Shown: positions 27,201 through 36,616, numbered from the stretch's first letter. The stretch is DNA of 64,000 nucleotides from an uncultured Pseudomonadota bacterium (GCA_963770835.1 CAVYRH010000004.1:128001-192000); one strand, 5' to 3'. Notes: generated by a model not told the origin, from the letters alone. Translations and numbers: made by a program.

Positions 27201-30200
27201 ACTTCCACTTTCATGGGCTCCTTTCCTCTTGCCTCCCAACCGGTCACCCTGGACGAAACCGTTGCCTCGGCGGGAACAACGTATTTTTTCTGGATCCGTG
27301 GCGTGGATCCCGGGGGAGCGGGCGCCATCACGGAGGTGGGCCTCCAACTGCCGCCCAACCCGCCCACGGGCCTGGGAGCTTCTTCCACGGCCGCTACGAT
27401 CACACTCAATTGGAACGCCGTGTCGGGCGAGGGGGTCACTTCCTACACCGTCTACCGAAGCACCAACCCCACCAGCGGTTACGCCACTATTGGCGCGTCC
27501 CCCACGGCTAGTTACAACGACACAACGGCGGCGGTTGGAACGGACTATTACTACGAGATTTCCGCCACCAATGCCGGGGACGGAGTGACGATTCCCGGCG
27601 GGGAAAGCCTGCTTTCCACCTCCGTTGAATCCGCCCTGGCTCCTGCCGTGCCAGTGGGGTTGACCGCTACCCTTAATGCCGCCTCGGACAACGTGACCTT
27701 GGGTTGGACTTCCCAGTCGGGAAGCGACCCTCTCTTGGTCAGCTATACTTTGTACCGCACCATCAACAGCGGGGCGCCCGCCACACTCCAGACCGCGGCC
27801 GATACGGTTGTCACTTACACCGATACGGGTATTACTTCGGCCAACGCGGGCCAGACCATACTTTATTACCTTTTTGCCACCAACAACGCCGGGGCCAACA
27901 GCACGGCCGAGGGTCCGGTGGGCCTGCAGGTGCCGCCCAACCCGCCCGCAATTTTACCCGCTTCGCCTTCTTCCAACGCCGTTACCGTTAATTGGACTGC
28001 CAACTCGGCCGGGCAGAATGTCTCCCAGTACACCATTTACCGAAGCCAACTGCCCTCGGGCAGCCCCGCGGCCATCGGTACGGCCACGCCCACACCGGGC
28101 CCAACCAACAGCTTCCCCGACCTGGGCCCCCTGACCGAAGGAGTTTCTTACGTTTATTACCTGACCGCTACCAACCCCGGCGGCGGGCTAGGAGTTCCTG
28201 GTGGAACAAGCGCAGCTTCCAATTCGGTTACTTCAGGGCTTGGTGCCCCGGTTCCGACCGGCCTTGCGGTTTCGGGCATCGACACTTCCAACGACATCGG
28301 CGTGACCTGGAACGCGGTCACCCTCGTCAACGCAACGGCGGTCAGCGTTTTCAGCGGCACCACCAACAATATCGCCTCGGCCACCCCCACCAACCTGGCC
28401 ACCTCGGCGGTCTCTATTAATTACGCCGCCCAAACGCCCGACACTACTTATTATTACTGGCTCGAGGTCCTCAATACCTTCGGCCCCAGCTCGCCCGAAG
28501 GGCCCGTTTCCCAGCTCACCTACCCGGCGGCGGTCACCATCGTTACCGCGGTTTTGGACGCCGACGGCGTCTCCCGGGACCTCACATGGGACACGGTGGG
28601 CGGGGGTGACGTGAACTCCTACAACATCTACCGGGAACAAATCGGGGGCTCGGGTTTCGTCTCCGTGGGCTCCGTGCCCGCCGCCGGTCTGGCCTTCCCC
28701 GTCAAGCGCAGCAGCGAGGTATTGCCGGGCAAACTTTACTCCTACGAGATCACCGCCGTGAACGCCACGGGCGAGGGCAGCGGCTACAACGCCGTGACCG
28801 TGGGCGTGCCGCCTTCCGACCCTTCGCCGGTCACCACGGCGACGGGCTTGAGCGCCACCGTGCAGGTCGGCCTTTCCTGGCCCGCGAACGTGGCTTCCGA
28901 GGGCGTCACCAGCTATACGGTTTACCGGGGAACGACCCCGGCTTTTTCGTCGGCTTCAGCGGTCGCCACCGGCGATGCGGTGACCAATTACCTGGACAGC
29001 TCCGGCAGCCTTGTTGGGGGAACCACTTATTATTACTGGGTGGAGGCCGACGCCAACGACGGTGTGGAAAGCCTGCCAACAACGGCAACCAGTTCGGTCA
29101 CCGTGACGGCGGCCGCCCAGCCTAATCCGCCTACTGCCCTCACGGAAACCGACGGAAACGCCTCGGCCAGCCTGACATGGACCGCCGCCATTTCCACCAC
29201 CTTCCCCATCACGGGTTACAACCTTTACGACGCCGCCAGCGGGGGCGCCACCGTCAAGGCCAACGCCACGCCCGTGCCGGCTTCGCCTTTCACGGTGCCG
29301 GGCCTCTCCAACGGAGCCACCTATTCCCTTTGGGCGCAGGCGGTGGACAGCCACGGCAATTTAAGCGCCTTGACCGCCCCAGTAGCGGGCCTTCCCGACG
29401 CGCCGCCCGGAGTGCCCGGGAACGTTTCGGCCTCCAACGGGAACGAAGCCGCGCAGGTTACCTGGAAAGCCGCCGTGCCCGGAACCTTGCCCATCGGCAA
29501 TTACGTGATTTATCGCTATCCCTTGCCCAGCGGCCCAGCCAATTACATCACCGTGGGGGGCAATTTGACGGGTTACGTCGATACGGGCCTGGTGAACGGT
29601 TCCTCCTACGTTTACGAAGTGGAAGCGCTGGATTCCAGCGGCGTGGCGACGGGCATCCACGCCAGCGGCTTTTCGTTGCCGGTAACGGCTGTCCCCAGCA
29701 TCAACGTGAACCCGCCCAGCAACGCGCTGGCGGCCGGGGGGGTTGGGCAAGTGGTGTTGAATTGGACCGATTCCTTTACGGGCGTGGGGGAGGCCGTCAC
29801 GGGATATACCATTTACGGCGCGCAGGGTTCGGGCTCCTATAGCCCGGTGGGAACCATAGCCGTGGGCCAGCAGGCTATCACGGAGACCGGCCTCACCAAC
29901 GGCACCGGCTATTCCTATTACCTGGTGGCTTCCAGCGGCACCACGGTCAGCGCCGACAGCGCCACCGTCTTCGCCACACCCGCCAATCCCCCGAACGCCC
30001 CCGTGAGTTTCCTAAACGTGGACGGAAACAATTCGGTCAGCCTGTCCTGGTCCTCGGCGGGAGTTGAGGTGAACAACGTCCCCGTTAACAAGTACGTGGT
30101 CCTGGTGGGGGGAGTCCCGGTGACCGCTGTGAACGGCTCCACCCTGTCCGTGGTAGATTCCGGCCTGACCAACGGGAACAGCTATGTCTTCACGGTGGAG

Positions 30201-31472
30201 GCAGTGAACTCCAACGGCACTACGGGCGCTCTTTCGGCTTCCCTCACGGGCTACCCCTATGCGCCCTTCGGCCCCACCGGCTTTTCCACGACGGCCACCG
30301 CCGCCAATGTCACAGCCTCCTGGACCGCTCCTGGCGGGACGACCTGGCCGGTGGCGAGCTATGACCTTATCCGCGCGCCCTTGGGCGGAGGGACCCCCGT
30401 AACCCTCCCAGCCGCCGGTTCGCCCTTGGCCGACACGACGGCCACCTTTGACCAGCTTTACACCTACACGCTGGTTGCCATCGACAGCAAAGGCCATCCC
30501 AGCACCCCGGCGGGACCCGTGACCGACGGCCCCTGCAACCCGCCCGCGGCCCCCACGACCGTGGTCGCCACCGCCGGAAACCAGCAGGTGCTTTTCGATT
30601 GGCCCGCCTCCGCGCCCGTTTCGGGAAGCTTCCCGGTTTCCTTCTACCTGGTATCCATCAACGGCGGGGCACCTGTCACTTTGCCGGGGACCCAGACCTG
30701 GTACCTGGACAACAACAACGGGTTGGGGTTGGTCAATCCAGCCACAGTGAACGTAACCGTGCAGGCGTTGGACGCCACCGGCAACCCCGTCGGCAACCAT
30801 TTGAGCACCACCGCCACGGGGGGGCCCGTTGTAACCGGCGCCGCCGACCTCAACCCGCCCACGGCCCTGTCCGCCTCTGTCACCGGGACCAATTCGGTCA
30901 AGCTCACCTGGGCCAGGCCCAACGACGAGGGTAATATCGTGACCGGTTACAACATCTACAAGACCGGCAGTTTTACTACGGTCCTGGGGACTCCTATCGC
31001 CACCCTGGCCAACCCGCCGCTGGCCCCGGTGACCGTTTATAATGACTCCAATGTGAGCCCGAACTCGACTTACTTCTATGTCATCACGGCGATTTACCAG
31101 CAGGGCGCCTCACAGGTCGCGAGCCCGCCGTCCAACCACGCTTCCGTGACCACCCCCGCCCCCGTGGCCGGAGTGCCTCCGGTCACCGTGGGCCAGATGG
31201 CCTTTGACGCCAACCTGGTGAAGCCCATGACGGGCCAGGTGCTGGGAATTTATTTCGTGGCCCCCAACAGCGGGCCCGCGCAGATCAACGTTTATAATAT
31301 CTCGGGCAACCCCATCCGGGCCCTCTACGCCACCTCCACGGCGGGCATACAGGAAAACCTGACCTGGGACATCAAGGATAGGAACGGCAACACAGTGGCC
31401 TCCGGGCTTTACTTGATCGAGATCAAGGCGCCGGGCCTGCACCAAATCAAGAAAGTGCTCGTGGTCAAATGA
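24228..31472 (+). CDS. 2414-aa secreted protein with ~18 FN3 repeats and a FlgD-Ig/T9SS type-A-like C-terminal sorting domain
   Basis: Signal peptide ending 'PAAAQA'; 18 repeats of P..P..L....V.L.W....Y.Y.V.A counted by eye; C-terminus 'INVYNISGNPIR...LTWDIKDRNGNTVASGLYLIEIKAPGLHQIKKVLVVK'. Confidence 0.9.
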   Translation: MMEEIASAPQQRPAGFHFTRRALLPALALLAAGWGASPAAAQATHFAFIIPPSSPAGLYSTTVGSNTVTFEVQAQNASNAVVTGFNDDVVAGLYSTATSQVSDPEAVYTSGGITYIGSLTLSFVNGTANFGVTLEAGSDSEQLVLQDLSSNPVIVGTNYPGSLGVTTGAAITVRGFSSQPLFPRDINFNGTSENPPTDDTPVTYIVGGATDPLAINDNRVTFFGPGDYGDIVPQALGTAGSSGIDTNAACYLIQNFNGGYAAGGAGVSVRLWFSASAGTAPVSYQVILDYDGSLADYNNPNSAKDTVLQGAVTAGVGYGFYTAAPTTLAGYQPYQPFMQGNGQVIFRVWTVPGDTVTLKYANANVGPPYDDNTISFIKVPYSSQNTLPLLSTVTAPSYTGTPPTPPYVLAGASAITLIDTFKNQYSSPLTQIVFQIPADPLGVTNWAISSVPAPTGRNPGCSTAFSQPSGTTAGVVTLTSASNPVTTNEILPVTIIAQAPATNYSWPLSIISALTDTGSTAPFDSASVVVNTLEAPDTPGSFAAVPANYAGTGGQISLSWNQSVSQSPLGYVITRSPGGGPFGTVTLPSGLVVSNAITITPASTAVTVDTNVTNLTGYTYTIQAFNTVTQSAAANAGPVTAYADPGAPGNVVALTGGNTVQLSWAAPASVTAGSYAVTAYQVYRGTSSGGESATPIAAVTTSLSPVTYVDTPPVSPGTTYYYYLSSIDTQYSGGPTFGPHDSGPSAEVSGFPPGNPPNNAAVTLEVIGPPATLMVSWTAPVSDLNSITKYYIWKETDSGGFGASAFATVGAASVSVLDGVVTTGHTYSYFVQAVDSLNNISNDSATVTGQVGPSPPTGLTAPGYANSVTLTWNSNPANQSVTAYIIESNGSFLPPLVPAPGGGGPVTDFDTTPVQGTNYGYQVAGINNTGVTGTFCAAVTSALLPLVPNSFTASVSQTGVSFIMDLNWTAPNSGGNVTAYNARYNTTNTFGTSTFMGSFPLASQPVTLDETVASAGTTYFFWIRGVDPGGAGAITEVGLQLPPNPPTGLGASSTAATITLNWNAVSGEGVTSYTVYRSTNPTSGYATIGASPTASYNDTTAAVGTDYYYEISATNAGDGVTIPGGESLLSTSVESALAPAVPVGLTATLNAASDNVTLGWTSQSGSDPLLVSYTLYRTINSGAPATLQTAADTVVTYTDTGITSANAGQTILYYLFATNNAGANSTAEGPVGLQVPPNPPAILPASPSSNAVTVNWTANSAGQNVSQYTIYRSQLPSGSPAAIGTATPTPGPTNSFPDLGPLTEGVSYVYYLTATNPGGGLGVPGGTSAASNSVTSGLGAPVPTGLAVSGIDTSNDIGVTWNAVTLVNATAVSVFSGTTNNIASATPTNLATSAVSINYAAQTPDTTYYYWLEVLNTFGPSSPEGPVSQLTYPAAVTIVTAVLDADGVSRDLTWDTVGGGDVNSYNIYREQIGGSGFVSVGSVPAAGLAFPVKRSSEVLPGKLYSYEITAVNATGEGSGYNAVTVGVPPSDPSPVTTATGLSATVQVGLSWPANVASEGVTSYTVYRGTTPAFSSASAVATGDAVTNYLDSSGSLVGGTTYYYWVEADANDGVESLPTTATSSVTVTAAAQPNPPTALTETDGNASASLTWTAAISTTFPITGYNLYDAASGGATVKANATPVPASPFTVPGLSNGATYSLWAQAVDSHGNLSALTAPVAGLPDAPPGVPGNVSASNGNEAAQVTWKAAVPGTLPIGNYVIYRYPLPSGPANYITVGGNLTGYVDTGLVNGSSYVYEVEALDSSGVATGIHASGFSLPVTAVPSINVNPPSNALAAGGVGQVVLNWTDSFTGVGEAVTGYTIYGAQGSGSYSPVGTIAVGQQAITETGLTNGTGYSYYLVASSGTTVSADSATVFATPANPPNAPVSFLNVDGNNSVSLSWSSAGVEVNNVPVNKYVVLVGGVPVTAVNGSTLSVVDSGLTNGNSYVFTVEAVNSNGTTGALSASLTGYPYAPFGPTGFSTTATAANVTASWTAPGGTTWPVASYDLIRAPLGGGTPVTLPAAGSPLADTTATFDQLYTYTLVAIDSKGHPSTPAGPVTDGPCNPPAAPTTVVATAGNQQVLFDWPASAPVSGSFPVSFYLVSINGGAPVTLPGTQTWYLDNNNGLGLVNPATVNVTVQALDATGNPVGNHLSTTATGGPVVTGAADLNPPTALSASVTGTNSVKLTWARPNDEGNIVTGYNIYKTGSFTTVLGTPIATLANPPLAPVTVYNDSNVSPNSTYFYVITAIYQQGASQVASPPSNHASVTTPAPVAGVPPVTVGQMAFDANLVKPMTGQVLGIYFVAPNSGPAQINVYNISGNPIRALYATSTAGIQENLTWDIKDRNGNTVASGLYLIEIKAPGLHQIKKVLVVK

Positions 31473-33331
31473 TGAAAAACAGTCCACAGTCAACAGTCGG
31501 CAGTCGGCAGGAGAAAAGAACCATGATGAGTTGGTTGTTAAAAGCTGTCGACCGTCGACTGTCGACTACTTTTCTCCCTGTTTTTCTTCTCATGTCCCTC
31601 ACCCCTTGTTTTGGGCAACAACTGACGAGTGGAGCTGACTTTTTAAAGATCGACAGCGGCGCCCGCAGCGAGGCCATGGGCGAGGCCTTTACGGGGGTGG
31701 CCGATGACGTGGACGCCCTGACCTTCAACCCGGCGGGGCTGGCCCTCCTCGACAAGCCCCAAGTGGCCTATCTGCGCATGCTTTACCTGGCGGACATCGC
31801 CTATAACTTCGGCGGGGTGGCCCTGCCGGTCCCCGACGGACAGGACACCTGGGGTTTCGGCGCCGGGGTCATCAACCTGGGCACCGCACCCTTCGACAGC
31901 ACCCTGGGGCTGGCCCCGGCGGTTTCGGCGGGCAACAACGCCATCCTGGCCTCGGCGGCCTTGCGGATCAAAAGCGTCGTGGCTTTCGGCGTGACGGGCA
32001 AACTCATCATGGAAAACCTGGGGGGATACAACGCCCAGGCCTTCGGCGGCGACGTGGGCGTCCTGCTGACCCCCATTGACCGCCTGGGCATCGGGCTGGC
32101 GGTCCTGGACGTGGGCCAGCAGGTGAAATTCATTTCCGTGGGGGACCCCCTTCCGACTACCGTGAGGCTGGGGGTGTCGTATAAAGTTTTGGACATCCCC
32201 CACCATTCGGTCCTTTTGTCCGTGGACAACGGCTACCAACTGGGGAGCCAAAGCTATATCGGCGGGGCGGGCGCGGAATACTGGTTCGACAAAACCCTGG
32301 CCCTAAGGGCGGGCTATACGGGGGACGCCTACCAGCAGCATTTGACGGCGGGCCTGGGCGTGAACGTGGACATGGCGGAATTCGACTATGCCTATGCCCC
32401 GATCGCGACCCTCGGCGACACCCACCGCTTTTCCATTACCCTTCGCCTGGACACGGGGGAGGGCGGCCTGGCGGCGCCGATGGACTTCGCGGCCCGGGCG
32501 ATGGACGGCGCCGTGGCCTTGAGCTGGAAACCAGCGGCTTCCTCCTCGGTGGTGGGCTACAACCTTTACGTGAAAAAACCAGGCTCCGAAAAGCTGGGCC
32601 TGGTCAATAAGAACCCCATTAACGACACCGTGGTCAAGTTGAGGCACCTGCAGAACGGGGAAAATTACACTTTCGCCATCACCTCGGTCTCGGCGGCGGG
32701 GCGGGAAAGCTCTCCGGTCCAACTCTCTGCCGTGCCGGGAGCCTCCGCCGTAGGCTCCGGTTTGATGGCCCCCACGGGCTTCAAGGCCGCCCCGACGGGG
32801 GGTGGATTCACCCTGCTTTGGGACACCTCGGAATCGAGCGATGTGGCGGGCTACAACCTTTACATCGCCGACGACCAGGGCAAGCCGGCCAAGAAGCTCT
32901 CCGCCCAGCCCATCACAAACACCAGCATCACCCTGAAAAACGTGAACGCGACCCGCGTTTATAACTTCGTCCTGACCACCGTCAACCGGGCGGGGGGTGA
33001 AAGCCCGGCCACACCGGTTTTAAAGGTGAGCCTGGCGGACTTGACCAACGCCTTGGTATCGAAATTCGTCCCGCCCTCCGGCCTGGCACTCCAGGCCTCG
33101 GGCGGCAAGGTGCACATGACCTGGGACGCGGCCGCCGGCGCCGTTAAGTACAACATCTATATTTCCCACGACGGGACGAACTTCAAGCTCCTCACCCCCC
33201 AAGGTCTTTCCAAAACCGAAGTCACCATGGGCGGTATGAAGGCCGGCAAGGCCTATACCTTCGGCGTCAGCTCGGTTTCCGCCGCCGGCAAGGAAAGCGA
33301 AAAGGCCGTCCAAACCCTGCCGGCGCAGTAA
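31469..33331 (+). CDS. PorV/PorQ (UPF0164) family beta-barrel fused to three FN3 domains
   Basis: 'GADFLKIDSGARSEAMGEAFTGVADDVDALTFNPAGLA'; barrel end 'FDYAYAP...THRFSITL'; three FN3 repeats follow; alternative start ATG 31523 after AGGAG. Confidence 0.85.
   Translation: MMKNSPQSTVGSRQEKRTMMSWLLKAVDRRLSTTFLPVFLLMSLTPCFGQQLTSGADFLKIDSGARSEAMGEAFTGVADDVDALTFNPAGLALLDKPQVAYLRMLYLADIAYNFGGVALPVPDGQDTWGFGAGVINLGTAPFDSTLGLAPAVSAGNNAILASAALRIKSVVAFGVTGKLIMENLGGYNAQAFGGDVGVLLTPIDRLGIGLAVLDVGQQVKFISVGDPLPTTVRLGVSYKVLDIPHHSVLLSVDNGYQLGSQSYIGGAGAEYWFDKTLALRAGYTGDAYQQHLTAGLGVNVDMAEFDYAYAPIATLGDTHRFSITLRLDTGEGGLAAPMDFAARAMDGAVALSWKPAASSSVVGYNLYVKKPGSEKLGLVNKNPINDTVVKLRHLQNGENYTFAITSVSAAGRESSPVQLSAVPGASAVGSGLMAPTGFKAAPTGGGFTLLWDTSESSDVAGYNLYIADDQGKPAKKLSAQPITNTSITLKNVNATRVYNFVLTTVNRAGGESPATPVLKVSLADLTNALVSKFVPPSGLALQASGGKVHMTWDAAAGAVKYNIYISHDGTNFKLLTPQGLSKTEVTMGGMKAGKAYTFGVSSVSAAGKESEKAVQTLPAQ
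31481..31567. repeat. Heptamer-periodic inverted repeat (AGTCRRC type)
   Basis: agtccac-agtcaac-agtcggc-agtcggc ... ctgtcga-ccgtcga-ctgtcga-ct. Confidence 0.7.
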
Positions 33332-33421
33332 TCCCCAAAAACACTCGGTAGCCTAGCTTTTAACTGAAGATTCAAGGTAACTTGACCTCTCTTTCCACCC
33401 TATTACCCTACGGAGTTACCC

Positions 33422-33760
33422 ATGAGCGAGACCGAAGAGCTTTCCCAAAAAAAATGCAAACCCTGCGAGGGAGGAACCAAACCCTTGAACCGCGTGATGG
33501 TGGAGGGCTACCTGGCGGGCCTGCCGGGGTGGCAACTGCGTGAAAATTGGATTGAGAAAACCTTTGGCTTCCAGAATTTCCACGAGACCATGTCCTTCGC
33601 GAATGCCGTGGCCTTCATCGCCAACCGGGAGGACCACCATCCGGACATGGAGGTGGGTTACAAGGCCTGCAAGGTCAAGTACACCACCCACGCCATCAAA
33701 GGGCTCTCGGAGAATGATTTCATCTGCGCGGCGAAAGTGAACAGACTGCTTGAAGGCTAG
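33422..33760 (+). CDS. phhB: Pterin-4-alpha-carbinolamine dehydratase
   Basis: 'CKPCEGG', 'EDHHPD', 'THAIKGLSENDFICAAK'. Confidence 0.93.
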   Translation: MSETEELSQKKCKPCEGGTKPLNRVMVEGYLAGLPGWQLRENWIEKTFGFQNFHETMSFANAVAFIANREDHHPDMEVGYKACKVKYTTHAIKGLSENDFICAAKVNRLLEG

Positions 33761-33863
33761 TTTTGAGTTCTGAGTTTTAAGTTTTGAGTTGTTGAAGATT
33801 TCCGTTGTAAGAAACAACGGAAATCAACATTAACTCAACACTCAAAACTAAGAACTCATAACT
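33759..33863. repeat. Heptamer-periodic long hairpin (AGTTYTR type)
   Basis: agttttg-agttctg-agtttta-agttttg-agtt; central gatttccgttg/caacggaaatc; aactcaa-cactcaa-aactaag-aactcat-aact. Confidence 0.75.
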
Positions 33864-33878
33864 TTTTCTGGAGGAATT

Positions 33879-35765
33879 ATGCCCACTACTGAAACAGTCA
33901 AAACAAACAATGTGATGACCCTCGCGGAATTCTTAAACCGCTATCCCTGGCCCGCCGAATGGCTTAAAAAGGGAAAGCCGATGCATTTCTTTTGGACCTT
34001 CGACCTGCCGGTTGCTGTGGAGAAACTATGGCCCTTTATCGCCGACCTGTCCTCCTTCAACAAGCGGGTGGGCCTGGGGGAGATGAAGTTTACCGAAAAA
34101 AACGGCCGGCTCCAGGGCTTCGCGGTGAACGTCGGCACCAAGATGTACTGGGAGGAAGTCCCCTGGGAATGGGAATACGGGAAGCAATTCAGCCATGCCC
34201 GGGTTTACAGCCAGGGCCTTCCCCATTACATGCGGGCCCGGTACCTTTTCGAGGAGCCCCAGCCCGGAAAATGCCGCCTTTATGTTTACCTCTCCTGGAT
34301 TCCCCGGGGCCCGGTGAGCCGGCTTTTGATCAATATCGGACTCAAGCAAATCAAAAAGGGATATGAGAAGGCCCTGCGGGAAATCACCGAGGCCATCCAA
34401 AAGCAGCAAAAACCGGTGTTTGTGCCGCAGGCCGTCAAACTTCCACCGCAGGCGAAAGACCGGCTTCAAAAGATCCGCCAGAAACTGGTGGAAGAGGGAA
34501 TCACCGCCGGACTGGCCGACCGCCTCATCCGATACGTGGAAACGGAGCCGGATGAAACCCTCTACCGAATCCGGGTGAAAAGCCTGGCCCGCGAGTGGCA
34601 GGTCAGCGAAAAGGAGCTGCTTTTGGCCTTCCTCACCGCCACCCGCCAGGGGCTTTTCAACCTGACCTGGGACGTCCTCTGCCCCCATTGCCGGGGCGTG
34701 CGCAATGAGGTGAAGAGCCTGGGGGCCCTGCCCAAGCGGGGAAACTGCGAAGTCTGCAAAATCGACTTCGACGCGACATCCTTCAACACGCTGGAAGTAA
34801 CTTTCCACGCCCACCCTTCCATCCGGCCCGTGGAAAAAAGGGTTTATTGCGCCGCCGAGCCCGGCACCAAGCCCCACATCAAACTGCAAAAGACCGTCCA
34901 ACCCAAGGAAGAGCTGGCCTTGAAGACCCTTTTAAGCCTCGGCCGATACCGCCTGCGGGTCCAAGGAGCGGAAGTTTATAACCTGTTGGATATCAGCGAC
35001 GAATCGTCCGGCGACCGGGTCTTGTGGCAGGACTCCCTGGCCCAGCAAAACTTGAAGAGCGCCTATTTTCCCACGATGGTCCTCCAGAACACATCGCCCG
35101 AGGCGAGAACCTTCATCCTGGAGGAAAACAAGTCGGACCAGGATACCCTGCGCCCGGTGGACCTCTTTTCCTTCCAGGGGTTCCGCGACCTTTTCTCGGA
35201 AGAAGCTTTGGCCGCCGACCTTAAGCTGGATATCGGCGTGCAAACCATCCTTTTCACCGACCTGGTGGGCTCAACGCGTTTTTACGAGGTAGAGGGGGAT
35301 ACGGTGGCCTTCACCGAGGTGAAGGAGCATTTCACCAAGGCCTATGAGGTGGTGAAAAAGCACGGTGGGGCGGTGGTGAAGACCATCGGGGACGCGGTGA
35401 TGGCGGCTTTCGCCCACCCCGCGGACGCCATGAAGGCCGCAGTGGAGTTCCAGGGCTATTTCAACGGTCATAACCCGGAAACCCGCCTGCGGCTAAGAAT
35501 AACCCTGAACACGGGTTCCTGCCTGGCGGTGAACCTGAACAGCAGCATCGACTATTTCGGCAATACAGTGAACCTGGCGGCCAAGATCCAGGCCATCGCC
35601 AGCGCGGGCCAGGTGGGCTTCACGGAAAGCGTCCTGAACGATCCGGAGGTGAAAAACCTGCTCAAGGAGAAGGGTCTCCAGCCGGAGAAGCTGGATTTCG
35701 AGATGAAATGGGCCAAGCGTATGCTGCCTGTTTACCGGGTGGAAATAAAACCAATTCGAAATTAG
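33879..35765 (+). CDS. Class III adenylate/guanylate cyclase domain protein with SRPBCC-like N-terminus and DUF5939-like Cys region
   Basis: 'ILFTDLVGST', 'VKTIGDAVMA', 'DYFGNTVNLAAK'; CPHC...CEVC. Confidence 0.88.
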   Translation: MPTTETVKTNNVMTLAEFLNRYPWPAEWLKKGKPMHFFWTFDLPVAVEKLWPFIADLSSFNKRVGLGEMKFTEKNGRLQGFAVNVGTKMYWEEVPWEWEYGKQFSHARVYSQGLPHYMRARYLFEEPQPGKCRLYVYLSWIPRGPVSRLLINIGLKQIKKGYEKALREITEAIQKQQKPVFVPQAVKLPPQAKDRLQKIRQKLVEEGITAGLADRLIRYVETEPDETLYRIRVKSLAREWQVSEKELLLAFLTATRQGLFNLTWDVLCPHCRGVRNEVKSLGALPKRGNCEVCKIDFDATSFNTLEVTFHAHPSIRPVEKRVYCAAEPGTKPHIKLQKTVQPKEELALKTLLSLGRYRLRVQGAEVYNLLDISDESSGDRVLWQDSLAQQNLKSAYFPTMVLQNTSPEARTFILEENKSDQDTLRPVDLFSFQGFRDLFSEEALAADLKLDIGVQTILFTDLVGSTRFYEVEGDTVAFTEVKEHFTKAYEVVKKHGGAVVKTIGDAVMAAFAHPADAMKAAVEFQGYFNGHNPETRLRLRITLNTGSCLAVNLNSSIDYFGNTVNLAAKIQAIASAGQVGFTESVLNDPEVKNLLKEKGLQPEKLDFEMKWAKRMLPVYRVEIKPIRN

Positions 35766-35825
35766 TAATTTGGAATTAGGAATTTAAAGACTCAATTCCC
35801 AACTCCTCATTCCTAATTCCTCATT
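35753..35825. repeat. Heptamer-periodic inverted repeat between convergent genes
   Basis: aattcga-aattagt-aatttgg-aattagg-aattt ... aattccc-aactcct-cattcct-aattcct-catt. Confidence 0.7.
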
Positions 35826-36474
35826 TTTTTGTGGACTTCTTGTCCTTGGAACCACCCATCAGCGCCTTGGCGATTTGGACGAAGGTTGGAATGAGCGATA
35901 CGAAGACGATGCCGAGGATCACGACCTCAAAGTGCTGGTTCACCCAAGGCAGGTTCCCGAAGAAATACCCCGACCCGATGCAGAGGACGGTCCAGGAAAG
36001 CACCCCGATGAGGTTGTAGCGGGCGAACTTGCCGTAGGTCATATGCCCCACCCCCGCCACGAAGGGAGCGAAGGTGCGGAAAATGGGCGCGAATTGGAAG
36101 AGGATGAGGGTTTGCACCCCGTGCTTCTCATAGATCTCGTGGGTTTTATCCAGGTACTTCTTGTTCATGAACCTCCCGAAAACGTTGGGCCCGAAGAAGC
36201 GGCCGATCCAGTAGTTGCTGTGATCCCCCATCAAGGCCGCCGCGGTCAGGAGGGCCCAGGAAAATACTACATTCAATTGGGCGGTGGCGCAGAGGGCGCC
36301 CACGGTGAAAAGCAGGGAATCCCCAGGAAGGATGGGAGTTACCACCAAGCCCGTCTCGCAAAAAATGACCCCGAAGAGAACGGCGTAAATATAGGTCCCG
36401 TAGGTTTGGACCAACTCGGGCAGGTACTTGTTCAAATGGAGGATGTGGTCGAAAAAAAGGTGCAGGGAATCCAT
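35821..36474 (-). CDS. DedA/VTT family membrane protein
   Basis: 'IFCETGLVVTPILPGDSLLF', 'FAPIFRTFAPFVAG'. Confidence 0.93.
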   Translation of the reverse strand: MDSLHLFFDHILHLNKYLPELVQTYGTYIYAVLFGVIFCETGLVVTPILPGDSLLFTVGALCATAQLNVVFSWALLTAAALMGDHSNYWIGRFFGPNVFGRFMNKKYLDKTHEIYEKHGVQTLILFQFAPIFRTFAPFVAGVGHMTYGKFARYNLIGVLSWTVLCIGSGYFFGNLPWVNQHFEVVILGIVFVSLIPTFVQIAKALMGGSKDKKSTKK

Positions 36475-36492
36475 GAGGCCTCGCTTTGCTCG

Positions 36493-36526
36493 GAATTATG
36501 AATTTGTAATTATGAATTTTGAATTT
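36493..36526. repeat. Heptamer tandem repeat
   Basis: gaattat-gaatttg-taattat-gaatttt-gaattt. Confidence 0.6.
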
Positions 36527-36616
36527 CGGTGATTTCCGCTTAGCGGAGATGCCCGTTCATTCATGATTACGGCTGTGGAAGCGACGACAGTTTAGCAAGA
36601 AAAACTTTAAAGCATG

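Noticed and set aside
25820..31160. DNA-level tandem repeat or DGR-like cassette in the FN3 gene
   Set aside because: Repeats are divergent protein domains; no near-identical template/variable pair seen and no reverse transcriptase in the window
33759..33863. CRISPR array interpretation of the periodic repeats
   Set aside because: Units are 7 nt, contiguous, without unique spacers; no cas genes
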